A stretch of DNA of 55,090 bases from Gemmatimonadota bacterium (GTDB lineage: Bacteria > Latescibacterota > UBA2968 > UBA8231). Every line of letters begins with the position of its first letter. The stretch's first letter is position 1. Under the pieces are notes generated by a model. The model was not told the origin of the DNA. It ran no database searches and worked only from the letters and a program-made list of their open reading frames with translations. Below, in pieces: positions 28,155 to 37,974 of this stretch. The stretch covers positions 1-55,090 of the forward strand of contig PATE01000102.1 of NCBI GenBank assembly GCA_002712305.1, in the 5' to 3' direction. Both the position numbers and the translations under genes were made by a program.

Positions 28155-28952
28155 GTGAAGATTGGACTCTACGCTTCCATGTTCGGCAAGGGAGTGAATC
28201 CACTTCCGGATATCGAGAGCTTCATCGATCTGGCCTACGAAGAGCGTCTTGATGTGATCGATCTGCGCAGCGATGTCGGTTTCAGCGATCACGATTCGAC
28301 CTATCTCCTCGACACGAAGATGAGCTGTCTCAACAAGGGACTGGCCATCGGATATCTGGCGACGACGGGCCACTTTGTCGGCACTGAGGAGGAACTGCAG
28401 ACCAAACTCGACCGCATTCGCACCGATCTGGACATTGCCGTCAAACTCGGTGCCCCCATGGTTCGCGTGTTCTGTGGTGAAACGCCGGAAGACGCGGCAG
28501 CCGGGAAACGGGAGATCGAGTGTTTCCAGGAGGCCTGTGACGAGGCGGCCCAACGGGGCATTGCCGTGGGGCTGCAGAATCACCCCTGCACCGGGGATGG
28601 CGTGGTGCGACTGATGGAACAGGTGGACCGCAGCAATTTCACCTTCATCCTCGACACAGGACAATGGGTCGGATCACCCGGGCGCCACGCAGGGGAGGCC
28701 CAACCAGGCCACGACATCTATCAGTACATGGAACAGACCGCAAAATACGCCTGTCATGTGCGCGCGAAGTTCTACAAGATTGACTCTGGCGCCGAGGAAT
28801 GGCTCGACTACCCGCGAATCGTCGACATCCTGAAGGCGGCCGATTTCAATGGCACACTGGGTGTAGTTTTCGAAGGCAAGGACATCAATGACTGCGACGA
28901 TCACGACGTGCTGCGCAGGGCGGCGGCACAACTTCGTCAGCTGGCAGGGTGA
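28155..28952 (+). CDS. Sugar phosphate isomerase/epimerase (xylose-isomerase-like TIM barrel)
   Basis: LGAPMVRVF, GLQNH, LDTGQW, HVRAK, LDY.RI and VFEG. Confidence 0.85.
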   Translation: MKIGLYASMFGKGVNPLPDIESFIDLAYEERLDVIDLRSDVGFSDHDSTYLLDTKMSCLNKGLAIGYLATTGHFVGTEEELQTKLDRIRTDLDIAVKLGAPMVRVFCGETPEDAAAGKREIECFQEACDEAAQRGIAVGLQNHPCTGDGVVRLMEQVDRSNFTFILDTGQWVGSPGRHAGEAQPGHDIYQYMEQTAKYACHVRAKFYKIDSGAEEWLDYPRIVDILKAADFNGTLGVVFEGKDINDCDDHDVLRRAAAQLRQLAG

Positions 28953-28964
28953 GGGATATCGACC

Positions 28965-29978
28965 ATGAATCTGCCTCCCGATGAGTTTGTCACCGTATCA
29001 GAAGATCGGGAACTGGCTTTTCTACAGGCCTGTTTCGAGCACGTGGGGGTCGGCGCCGATCATGCCACGGTGATGGCGAGGTTGCTCACCAATTCTGATC
29101 TGCGTGGCGTGCGCAGCCACGGAATCGCCTGGGCGCCCGGCTACTGTCGAAAGTTCAACGAGGGCGATCTGAATACGACTCCCGATATCCGTGTCGTACA
29201 CGAGAACCCGACAACGGTGATCGTCGATGGTGATGGTTTCCTCGGGTACGTGCCCACGATGATGGCTACTGAGGCAGCGATCGCCAAAGCGAAGCAGGTC
29301 GGCGTCGGGCTGGGATTGGTACGGCACATCGGGCACAATGGAGCAGCGGGCCACTACACACGAGTCTGTCGTGACGCTGGATGCATCGGTTTTGCCGTGC
29401 AAGGGTTCCGCGGCGATGGCGAGCGTCGTCATCAGGATCCCAAGCCACCGGCGACCTACACGGGGTTTCCACCCATGTCCTTCAGTATTCCAGCCAGAAA
29501 TGAACCGGCCGTCGTCCTCGACATGGTGGCCCACGTCGTTTCGGGCTACAACGAGCCCGAGTTCGCCGACCTGCCCGAGCGAATCCCGGCCACGTTCTTC
29601 AAGGCCATGGGGCTGGTTGCGACGGCAAATCTTCTCGGTGGCGCGTTGACAGGGTTCACGCAGAACGAAGCAGATGAGATCGCCCGGCGGTTTCCAGGGG
29701 CGACGATGGGTGGCATGGTCCTGGCCATCGACATCGCCTCGGTGGTGCCCGAACAGGTGTTCGGTGCCGAGGTCGATCGATACATCCGTGCTGTATGCGA
29801 GTCCTTTGCGCCGATGCCCGGTCAGGACGAGGTGGTGATGCCCGGGCACATGGAGGAACGTATTCTGGCGCAGCACAAATCCACGGGAATCCGCTTCGGC
29901 GACCGAGAGCAGCAAGCGGCCCAACAGATGCACGACGACTGGGGTGTCCCACTGCCCTGGGATGAGGAGAGGAAGTGA
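28965..29978 (+). CDS. Ldh_2 family (AllD/ComC/YiaK-type) NAD(P)-dependent dehydrogenase, divergent
   Basis: SDLRGVRSHG, VDGDG.LG, AIAKAK..GVG, H.GAAGHY, VLDM and V.MPG. Confidence 0.85.
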   Translation: MNLPPDEFVTVSEDRELAFLQACFEHVGVGADHATVMARLLTNSDLRGVRSHGIAWAPGYCRKFNEGDLNTTPDIRVVHENPTTVIVDGDGFLGYVPTMMATEAAIAKAKQVGVGLGLVRHIGHNGAAGHYTRVCRDAGCIGFAVQGFRGDGERRHQDPKPPATYTGFPPMSFSIPARNEPAVVLDMVAHVVSGYNEPEFADLPERIPATFFKAMGLVATANLLGGALTGFTQNEADEIARRFPGATMGGMVLAIDIASVVPEQVFGAEVDRYIRAVCESFAPMPGQDEVVMPGHMEERILAQHKSTGIRFGDREQQAAQQMHDDWGVPLPWDEERK

Positions 29979-29981
29979 GAG

Positions 29982-30917
29982 ATGAGTGAGGTTCGACGAT
30001 TTACACGCACACCCTACTGCAGTGGAGCCGATGATCCGGAGCGCTCCGCCATCCGCGGTACCCTTCAGTTGGGGGAGACGGTCATCATCGAGACCGCCGG
30101 TGGGCATGACAACGACTACGAGCAGCAGGATTCACTGCAACCGGGGGCGGTCTTCGAAGTCCGGGAACATCGGTATTCCCGTCAGGGCCCCTTCGTCATC
30201 GATGGCATCGAGGCCGGGGACTGGGTGCAGATCGAGATTCTGGACATGGAGGTGGGACCCTACGGCTTCTATCGCAATGGCGGACCTCTGTGGGGGAGTA
30301 TGCGCTGTATCGCGCCCGTACGAGACGGTCTTGTGCATTTTCCGCCCGATTTCGTGGTACCCGCTCGGCCCATGATCGGTTACGTGAGGCTTGAGTCCGT
30401 CGCTGGCTACGAGATCGATAGCGGTGGAAACATGGACTTCAACTCCGTGCAGCCTGGCAGCACCCTGCACATCCGGGCGCAGAAGCGAGGTGGACTCGTG
30501 AGTTTTACCGATGTCCACGCTCGCATGGGAGACGGCGAACTGACGGGTACAGGTGTCGAAATCGATTCAGCCCTGACGATCCGTGTGGATCGTTCTCCCG
30601 GGTTTCCCTGTCATGCGCCGGTGGTCGAGAAGACCCGCCATATCGAGGCCGAAGAGGAATGGCTGACCAGTGGGCAGGGCGGCAACTGGCAGGAGGCGAT
30701 CAAGGCAGCGTGGATCGACATGATCGCGTTGATCAGCGACCGATATGAATGCACCGTGGAGGAGGCGAATCTGATTATCGGCACCATCGCTGATGCGCGG
30801 CCGGGTTATTCGGCGGGTGATCTGAGCAAACGCGGGCGACCCGGAGCCGGTTACATCACTGTGCAATTGGCGGTGACAAAACAACTGCGTCGAACGGGAG
30901 AGGCCTACAAGCCCTGA
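29982..30917 (+). CDS. Acetamidase/formamidase family protein
   Basis: GPFVIDGIEAGD, RPMIG, GGNMD and DVHARMGDGELTGTGVE. Confidence 0.88.
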   Translation: MSEVRRFTRTPYCSGADDPERSAIRGTLQLGETVIIETAGGHDNDYEQQDSLQPGAVFEVREHRYSRQGPFVIDGIEAGDWVQIEILDMEVGPYGFYRNGGPLWGSMRCIAPVRDGLVHFPPDFVVPARPMIGYVRLESVAGYEIDSGGNMDFNSVQPGSTLHIRAQKRGGLVSFTDVHARMGDGELTGTGVEIDSALTIRVDRSPGFPCHAPVVEKTRHIEAEEEWLTSGQGGNWQEAIKAAWIDMIALISDRYECTVEEANLIIGTIADARPGYSAGDLSKRGRPGAGYITVQLAVTKQLRRTGEAYKP

Positions 30918-30925
30918 CGAGGTCT

Positions 30926-33094
30926 TCAGTCCCGAGAGGACAAGTTCATCTCCAGTTCGACTGTGAGGCTCGCGACACGTTCCACCAGGGTGGTCACGGC
31001 GGATGTGTAGGTCTCCTGCCACGCAGCCAGACTTGCCGAGTCACCTTCGAGGATCTCGTATCGCAGTCCGGGCAGCATCCAGGACGCATATCCGCTGAAG
31101 GGATCCGGTGATGCAAACAGGGATTGGCTCCAAGGGCGTCCCTGCAAGCCCGACTCGAGCAGGAAGCTCTTCTCCAGTTGCAGGAGGTGGTCGTTGAGGC
31201 GGCCGAGGGTCACCCGATCAGGGCCGGCCTCGCCAGCGTCGGCCAAGAATCTCTCGCTGGCGTGACGATAGGCCTCGGTGGCGATGAAGAGTTCGGCGAT
31301 CGAGTGATCCAAGGCAGACCAGTCCGCCTCGATGGATTCATCGGTGGCAAGTTGGCGGAGTGTGTGCACGTGTTTCTGCAGATCCACCGCGTATCGCCCC
31401 ACGGCATAGGGTAACAGGTCGGCATTGGCCAGCCGCAGCGCGATTAGACCGTCGATACGAGAAAGGGTTGGGCCGTAGACGAATTCAGGATCACAAAAGG
31501 TCTCGTAAAAGGCGAAATCGTCGTATCCCGAGTGATAGAGCGATGGGCCTCCCATCCCGGGCCATGCCGACGGGATGCCGAGGTGGGTGTAGAAGCCTAC
31601 GTGATCCGATCCGCCGCCCAGGTTTCCGACGGCCGGTTCAACACTTCCCTCTGTGACGGACATCCATCGTGTCAGCACACTGCCCCCATCATCATCGGGG
31701 TGTTCAACTGCACCCGCCGCGTCGATCAGCAATTGCTTGAGCGTCGGTGACGACGAACCACTTGGCCTTGGCCCCGCCACGGCCATATCCGCATTTACAT
31801 AGGCCACTGCGTGTGCGAGTCGGTCTCGATACTGTTCGACAAATTCCGTCGATCCGATGATGCCATACTCCTCGGCATCCCAGTGACAGATGGTGATCGA
31901 TCGACGGGGTGGATGCCGGCGTGACAGCTTTCCGAATGCCTCAGCAAGGGTCAGAAGCATGGCCGTGCCGCCATTCGGATCGACGGCACCAAAGGTCCAC
32001 GCATCGTAGTGTGATCCGAGCAGAATCTCCTGCTCGGGCCAGTCGGTTCCCTCGACGGTGCCACAGACGTTGATGACGCGGACCATCTGATGTGGTTGCT
32101 CGACTTGAATGCGGACGGTCAACTCGTCCGGGCCGGTCAGCCGATAGGCGAAGGGAAGCCCGCCTTGCCACCCTCTTGGTACGGCATCGCCCGTCATACG
32201 CGACAAGATCTGTTCGGCGGCTCCATAGGGAAGGGGGACCACCGGGATCTCAGGTAGGGCTACTTCGGCTGCATCCAGCCGATCTACGTCGGCCACATCA
32301 AGGGGCAGGGCGGCAACAAAGGGCGTCAGCGGATCTCCGCTGTAGGGCAGGGTCTTGATCGAGCCTCTCTGTACCGTGCTCTCATTCCACTGCTTGCCCT
32401 CGGGATAGACCGGCCCACCGCGGTAACCGTAGTTGCCCGGGTCGGAATAGATGATCAGGCCGATGGCCCCTGCCTCCTCAGCGTATTTGGCCTTGAAACC
32501 GCGGAAGTTCCCTCCGTAGCGAGCGATCGCGATGCGTCCTTCGAGGGAGACGCCGATCTCTCGGAGCTGGGCGAAGTCTTCGCGTCGTCCATGATTCACA
32601 TACACCACCGTCCCGGTTACATCACCCGAAGCGGAATAGGCGTTCCAGCCGGGTGTCAGGTCGGGGTGTGCGGAAAAGGGATCCTGCTCGACGATGTATT
32701 CCTGGTCGTTGAGGGGCAGGCGGATGGGTGTGACCAGCGCAACCCTCGACGAGGGAAGATGATGTGGCATCCACGCATCGTATTCGTGCCGCTCTACCCA
32801 CAGACCGGCTTCATCCATGACCGTGGCGAGATAGTCCGCCAAGGCATAGTTGGCCGCAGAACCGGTCGGGTGGGGATCTCGCGTGAGTCTCTCCAGGTGC
32901 GCGCGGTATCCGTCGGCCTGAGGGAGGGGAAGGAAGACCTCTTCCCTCCGATGCTGATCCTGCGAACCCTTGGCGGTAAAACCGGCCAACAACTGGTAGA
33001 CGTCATCGGCCGCGGCAGGTAGAGGACGAAAGCCCTGCAGCAGGAACAGACCCAGAAAGAGACCCAGAGAGAGGGAGCGTTGACGTGAATGCAT
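30926..33094 (-). CDS. M28B glutamate carboxypeptidase II-like exported peptidase (PA + M28 + TfR dimerisation domains)
   Basis: Signal peptide; IARYG.NFRG.K, SHYDAW..GAVDPNGG, WDAEEYG..GSTE, GGSDH and YHSGYD. Confidence 0.93.
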   Translation of the reverse strand: MHSRQRSLSLGLFLGLFLLQGFRPLPAAADDVYQLLAGFTAKGSQDQHRREEVFLPLPQADGYRAHLERLTRDPHPTGSAANYALADYLATVMDEAGLWVERHEYDAWMPHHLPSSRVALVTPIRLPLNDQEYIVEQDPFSAHPDLTPGWNAYSASGDVTGTVVYVNHGRREDFAQLREIGVSLEGRIAIARYGGNFRGFKAKYAEEAGAIGLIIYSDPGNYGYRGGPVYPEGKQWNESTVQRGSIKTLPYSGDPLTPFVAALPLDVADVDRLDAAEVALPEIPVVPLPYGAAEQILSRMTGDAVPRGWQGGLPFAYRLTGPDELTVRIQVEQPHQMVRVINVCGTVEGTDWPEQEILLGSHYDAWTFGAVDPNGGTAMLLTLAEAFGKLSRRHPPRRSITICHWDAEEYGIIGSTEFVEQYRDRLAHAVAYVNADMAVAGPRPSGSSSPTLKQLLIDAAGAVEHPDDDGGSVLTRWMSVTEGSVEPAVGNLGGGSDHVGFYTHLGIPSAWPGMGGPSLYHSGYDDFAFYETFCDPEFVYGPTLSRIDGLIALRLANADLLPYAVGRYAVDLQKHVHTLRQLATDESIEADWSALDHSIAELFIATEAYRHASERFLADAGEAGPDRVTLGRLNDHLLQLEKSFLLESGLQGRPWSQSLFASPDPFSGYASWMLPGLRYEILEGDSASLAAWQETYTSAVTTLVERVASLTVELEMNLSSRD

Positions 33095-33120
33095 GAAGAG
33101 AGGTTCCTGCTGTGAGGTGC

Positions 33121-35397
33121 CTATTCAGTATCTCGAAAAAGGCCGATTCGTGAGCCCAGGAATTCAACCCCATCGGCGCGTCCTTCACGATCGTAGTCGT
33201 CGTGACCCGCTTCGTCGATGAGGATGGCCACATTCGGCGCGTCGCGGCCTCCCCAGTAACGAGTGCTGCCACCGTCTGCCTGCCCGGAGGGGCTTCGATA
33301 CACGTCGTCGCCTTTCCCGTCGAAGAGGGCGGCGAATCCATTCATGGCTGATGCCCCCTGGCTCAAACCGGCACCCCGGTAGGTGTCATTCCCTTTCAGA
33401 TCTACCAGGACGGCGACGCTGGCGTCCCAGCTTGCTCCCTGATTTGCTGTGATCTGGCCCTCGTAGGCGTCGTCGCCCTCCTCATCGACCAGCACACCGA
33501 TCGCCTGGTGTGCCGAACTGGCCTGAGAATAACGAGTGGCCCGATAGTGGTCATCGCCCCGCCGATCAACGAGCCCCCCGAGACCGAAGAAGTATCCGAC
33601 ACCTTGGGAGAAGTTTCCCGCCTGATAGCGATCGTGCCCCTCTTCATCGAGCAGAAGGCCGATCCCGCCCGCGGCAAATCCTCGCAGACCACAACCAACC
33701 CCTTGCGCCCATCCCTCATACACGCCTTCGGTCCCGTACACCGAAGGGCGAGAACGATCGGTGACGTAGTGGTCATTGCCCTTCGAGTCGACGACGGCCG
33801 CAATCGCTCGTGGCCCGGCGAATCCTTGCGCAAAGCGCGCCGCCGAGTATAGATCAGAACCTTTCATATCGTGCAGCAAGGCAACGCCAAACATGGCTGA
33901 GCCCTGTGTCATGACATCACCGAGATAGATGTCATCTCCTTCACGATCCAACAACAGTGCTGCGCCGCCAAAGGCACTGGCTACACCCAACGTGCCCCCT
34001 TCGTACACATCGTCTCCCTTTACATCGATCAGGGCGACGACGCCACCAACGGCGCCGACCACACCTCCGAGTCGACGATCGACATATCGATCATCTCCGC
34101 CCAGATCGACCACGAGGGCGACAGGTGCCTGGGCATGTACCCGAGCGCCACCCAGATACAGATCATCGCCACCCAGGTCGATGATGACGGCCGCGTCCTC
34201 TCCATACACGTTGGCGCCTTTTCCCCCGACCACCACCCAACCCCAGCTGGTGGGCTGAGCAAACCGAATCTCACCTGTAAACGCCGCTGGAAGGTCAGCA
34301 TCCACGATATGGGGAAGACCCTTCGCCGCATCACGAATCCGACGTAATTGATCGGGTGTACCCAGGTGGGACAGTTCGATCAATGACGCCGCCATAAGGC
34401 CCACATCCACCTTCTTGGCCCAGCGCAGCGTTTCCTGATGCCGATGGGTTTCCTGTCGGTTCTCCTCGTCGAGGTAAAGGCTCTCGTCGAATCGATCGAG
34501 AAGAGCGTGGACAGCTCGACCCAGGTTCCCGGGCGTCGTGTCGGGCAAGGCCTGGTGCGACAACCGTCCGGCCCTCCACAGGACACCCAACAGCGGCGGG
34601 GATAGAGAACTGGCGGTCAGTGCCGCGAACACCGTGTCGGGCGATGTCTCAAGCGGGATCACGTCAACATCGAGACGTGACGCCATCGCGCCAACTCGCT
34701 CGGCGAGGGTTCCTGCAGACAACCGATCTGCGAGGTCCGTGATCGGGCGCGCCGCCGCCGTGGGATGCAAGAGCGCAAAGTCCACGTCGGCGAGTCGCGT
34801 ATCGTGTCCGTAGGCCACCGCATCGTCGCCAAAGGCACGCAGCAGGTCGGCAAGCGCGTCGTTGGCGCCGAGGCGGGTGAGCAATTGCTCCATCGAATGC
34901 TGCACAGTCCCCGGCGTATCCAGCCACCGATCGTGGCGTGGCCGCAGACCCGGCGGGGGGCGTCGCTGTTCGATCATCAGACCGTAGAGACGCCGTCGAT
35001 CGGTGACACCACAGCTGAGTTGGAGCGGCTCCCCCTTGCGGCGCAGGTGCAGGACAACGGAACTATCGGGGGGCAGGCTCTGGATGTAGTCGAGGGTTTC
35101 CTGCAGGGAAGTGAGGCGATAAGCATCTGCCCCTCGTAGCCGATCTCCCTCCAACACGCCGGCGTGATCGGCAGGACTGTCCACCCGTACATGGGTAACC
35201 CGCAAGTTGTCGCCAGACCCGGCCAGACGCATGCCGACGACGCCAAAGTGCCTGGGCAGATCGTCGGGCAACGGTTCCAGGGCCGGCTCCTGCGCCCCGG
35301 CAGCGTCCAGGAGGACGAGCAGAGAGAGGATCAACCCATATCGCTGCCGACGATTCAGCACACATCGCTGCAGACGCCGGATCGGTTGTTCGAGCAT
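33121..35397 (-). CDS. Exported PDZ-domain protein with 12 DxxG(D/N/H/S)DxY repeats
   Basis: Signal-like hydrophobic stretch ending AGA-QE; PDZ (VGMRL...VRVDSPADHAGVLEGDRL); C-terminal half built of Gly/Asp-rich repeats. Confidence 0.75.
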   Translation of the reverse strand: MLEQPIRRLQRCVLNRRQRYGLILSLLVLLDAAGAQEPALEPLPDDLPRHFGVVGMRLAGSGDNLRVTHVRVDSPADHAGVLEGDRLRGADAYRLTSLQETLDYIQSLPPDSSVVLHLRRKGEPLQLSCGVTDRRRLYGLMIEQRRPPPGLRPRHDRWLDTPGTVQHSMEQLLTRLGANDALADLLRAFGDDAVAYGHDTRLADVDFALLHPTAAARPITDLADRLSAGTLAERVGAMASRLDVDVIPLETSPDTVFAALTASSLSPPLLGVLWRAGRLSHQALPDTTPGNLGRAVHALLDRFDESLYLDEENRQETHRHQETLRWAKKVDVGLMAASLIELSHLGTPDQLRRIRDAAKGLPHIVDADLPAAFTGEIRFAQPTSWGWVVVGGKGANVYGEDAAVIIDLGGDDLYLGGARVHAQAPVALVVDLGGDDRYVDRRLGGVVGAVGGVVALIDVKGDDVYEGGTLGVASAFGGAALLLDREGDDIYLGDVMTQGSAMFGVALLHDMKGSDLYSAARFAQGFAGPRAIAAVVDSKGNDHYVTDRSRPSVYGTEGVYEGWAQGVGCGLRGFAAGGIGLLLDEEGHDRYQAGNFSQGVGYFFGLGGLVDRRGDDHYRATRYSQASSAHQAIGVLVDEEGDDAYEGQITANQGASWDASVAVLVDLKGNDTYRGAGLSQGASAMNGFAALFDGKGDDVYRSPSGQADGGSTRYWGGRDAPNVAILIDEAGHDDYDREGRADGVEFLGSRIGLFRDTE

Positions 35398-35463
35398 GAC
35401 CCAACGGTAGGGACGGTGCCGAGTGGGAGCCAGTCAGCAGGCGGCATGACTGGGAATTCGGCT

Positions 35464-35478
35464 CGTGTATATTACACG
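35464..35478. promoter_or_regulatory. Palindromic operator candidate upstream of uxuA
   Basis: CGTGTA-TAT-TACACG, perfect 6-bp arms, in the divergent intergenic region. Resembles GntR/FadR-type TGTA-N-TACA boxes. Confidence 0.45.
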
Positions 35479-35546
35479 CAGCAAAAAAGAGGGATTCGAT
35501 CCCTCCTCTCTACTTCGTTCTAGTTCACTAGAAAGCAGATCTTCCA

Positions 35547-36533
35547 ATGATCCAAATTGCCGAAGTGCTTCCGCCGCGATACACCCCCCTCTGGGATATG
35601 GTCAAACAGTGCGGAGTTGACCACGTGGTGGGAACGATGGATATGAGCCGCGGCACCGAGAATGTGGCTCGGGACGATCTTCCCTGGGGCTACAATTCGC
35701 TCGTGAGAATCAAGACGGCTTACGAAGACTTCGGCTTCAACTTCAACGTTCTTGAGTCGCGTCCTCCCCTGAACAAGGCTAAACTCGGCCTGCCCGGCCG
35801 CGATGAAGAGATCGAGGCAGCCTGTGATCTCATCCGCAATCTGGGGGCTCTGGGCATCGGCGTCTGGTGCTACGAGTGGATGCCCGTGTTCAACTGGAGT
35901 CGCACGTCATCCACCAAGCGTGGGCGCGGTGGTGCTCTCGTGACGGCATATGATCACAAACTCATGGAGAATGCACCCCTCACCGAGGCGGGTGAGGTCG
36001 GCGAAGAGGCCCTGTGGGACAATCTCAGATACTTCCTGGAGAAGGTGATCCCCGTGGCGGAGAAGGCAGGCGTGCAGTTGGCGATGCACCCTGACGATCC
36101 GCCACTGTCACCGATTCGCGGGCTGGGGCGCATCATGCGATCTGTCGACAACTATCAGCGCCTCGTCGACCTGGTGCCTTCCGAGGTCAATGGGATCTGC
36201 CTGTGCCAGGGGAATTTCACGCTCATGACTGGTGATCTACCGACCGCAATCAGGCAGTTCGGCAAGCAGGACAAGATCTTCTTCGTCCACTTTCGCGACG
36301 TACGTGGCACGCCTGTGGAGTTCGAGGAGACCTTTCACGACGAAGGCCAGACCGATATGAACGCCTGCATGCAGGCCTATCGGGATGTCGGTTTCGACGG
36401 CGTCCTGCGGCCAGACCATGTGCCGACCATGGAGGGAGACAGCAACGAAAATCCAGCCTATTCGGCCCTCGGGAGGCTGTTCGCCATCGGTTACATCAAG
36501 GGGCTGCGCGAGTCGACGTACGCGGCGAACTGA
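35547..36533 (+). CDS. uxuA: Mannonate dehydratase
   Basis: [59 protein letters not shown] and [12 protein letters not shown]. Confidence 0.92.
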   Translation: MIQIAEVLPPRYTPLWDMVKQCGVDHVVGTMDMSRGTENVARDDLPWGYNSLVRIKTAYEDFGFNFNVLESRPPLNKAKLGLPGRDEEIEAACDLIRNLGALGIGVWCYEWMPVFNWSRTSSTKRGRGGALVTAYDHKLMENAPLTEAGEVGEEALWDNLRYFLEKVIPVAEKAGVQLAMHPDDPPLSPIRGLGRIMRSVDNYQRLVDLVPSEVNGICLCQGNFTLMTGDLPTAIRQFGKQDKIFFVHFRDVRGTPVEFEETFHDEGQTDMNACMQAYRDVGFDGVLRPDHVPTMEGDSNENPAYSALGRLFAIGYIKGLRESTYAAN

Positions 36534-36539
36534 AAAGGA

Positions 36540-36565
36540 GGGGTTGCCCGTCTTCGGGCAACCCC
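36540..36565. terminator. Hairpin terminator between convergent genes
   Basis: GGGGTTGCCCG-TCTT-CGGGCAACCCC, a perfect 11-bp stem. A short T tract follows on the minus strand. Confidence 0.75.
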
Positions 36566-36578
36566 ATGCGCCGAGCCG

Positions 36579-37847
36579 TCACGACCAGAGCCGGTCGTGG
36601 GCGGTTTCAGCATCCCAGTCGTGAGTTGCCTCGAAGTATCCCGGATCCTTCGGATTGAGGTGGCTGCGCAGCACCTCCTCATTCACGTCTGTGAAGCCGA
36701 GGCCCGGGCCTTCCGGAACCTGGATATACCCATCCTGAATCAGCGGGACGGGGAGCCCGTCGACCATCTGGCTCCAGATGTCGATCTCGTCGACAGAGTG
36801 ATTCTCCAGGACCATGAAATTCTCCGACGCGGCAGCACAATGGACCGCGGCCAGGGCGGCGATGGGCGACATGGCCATGTGGAAAGCCATGGCGATACCC
36901 GCCTCCTGCGCCATATCGCAGATCTTCTTGGTTTCGAGAATGCCCCCGGAGGACGCCAGGTCTGGATGGGCGACGGCGATTGCTCGATTCTCAAACAGGG
37001 CAGCGAAATCCTCCTTCAGATAGATGTCTTCGCCCGTACACACAGGCGTGTCTACAGAATCGGCGAGGCGTTTCCACTCATCGACGAACTGCCACGGGAT
37101 CATGTCCTCGTACCAGGCCAGGGCAAACTGATCGAGCGCCTTGCCGAGGCGGATGCAAGATTCGACCCCGATATGGCCGAAGTGATCGACGGCCAGGGGG
37201 ATCTGATAACCGATGGCGTCTCGCACGTGGGCCACATATTCGCATAGAAGGTCGATACCCTTGTTGGTGATCTGAATCCCCGTGAAGGGGTGCATGACGG
37301 TGGACGATGTGAGCATCTCAGGGGGAGAGATGAGGGTATCGGGGATGCCGCGCAGAAGCCCGATGCCCACGTCCATCTTGAGGAACTTGTAGCCCATGTC
37401 CATGCGAGCCTTCAACCGCTGGCCCATTTCCCGGCCGTCGGGAACGGATGTGGTGTCACAATAACAGAGGATCTTGTCGCGGAACTTGCCCCCCGCCAAC
37501 TGATAGGCAGGGACCCCATACGCCTTGCCTGCAAGATCCATCAGGGCCATTTCGATCGCACAGACACCACCGCCCTGGCGCGCATGGTGCCCGAACTGCT
37601 TGATCCGGCGGAAGAGTCGATCCACATCACATGGATTCTCGCCCATGAGGCGACTCTTGAGCATTAGCCCATAGGTCTTGCTCCCACCGTCGCGGATGTC
37701 GCCATATCCGCTGATGCCCTGGTTGGTGTCGATGCGCAGAATCAGCCCGCGCAAGGGATCGCTGCGAACGTCGCAGATCCGCATATCCGTGATCCGCAGC
37801 TCGTTTGGGCGCGAGTTCGTATTTACGTGACTTTCGGTGTCGCTCAT
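36579..37847 (-). CDS. Mandelate racemase/galactonate dehydratase-like enolase superfamily enzyme
   Basis: IDTNQGISGYG, EMALMDLAGKAYGVPAYQLAGGKFRD, LKMD, WYED, TGED, HPDL and PEGPGLG. Start at ATG 37847. Confidence 0.9.
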   Translation of the reverse strand: MSDTESHVNTNSRPNELRITDMRICDVRSDPLRGLILRIDTNQGISGYGDIRDGGSKTYGLMLKSRLMGENPCDVDRLFRRIKQFGHHARQGGGVCAIEMALMDLAGKAYGVPAYQLAGGKFRDKILCYCDTTSVPDGREMGQRLKARMDMGYKFLKMDVGIGLLRGIPDTLISPPEMLTSSTVMHPFTGIQITNKGIDLLCEYVAHVRDAIGYQIPLAVDHFGHIGVESCIRLGKALDQFALAWYEDMIPWQFVDEWKRLADSVDTPVCTGEDIYLKEDFAALFENRAIAVAHPDLASSGGILETKKICDMAQEAGIAMAFHMAMSPIAALAAVHCAAASENFMVLENHSVDEIDIWSQMVDGLPVPLIQDGYIQVPEGPGLGFTDVNEEVLRSHLNPKDPGYFEATHDWDAETAHDRLWS

Positions 37848-37974
37848 TCCTGGTCCTCCACCGTTCCTGGTCCTGCACGGGAAGTTCATCTGAGCTCACA
37901 ACTCAGCATAGATCGCCTGCCGCCGCAAGTCTGACGCTTGCTCCTGCCCCTTGCTCCGCTGATCTTCCACCACC

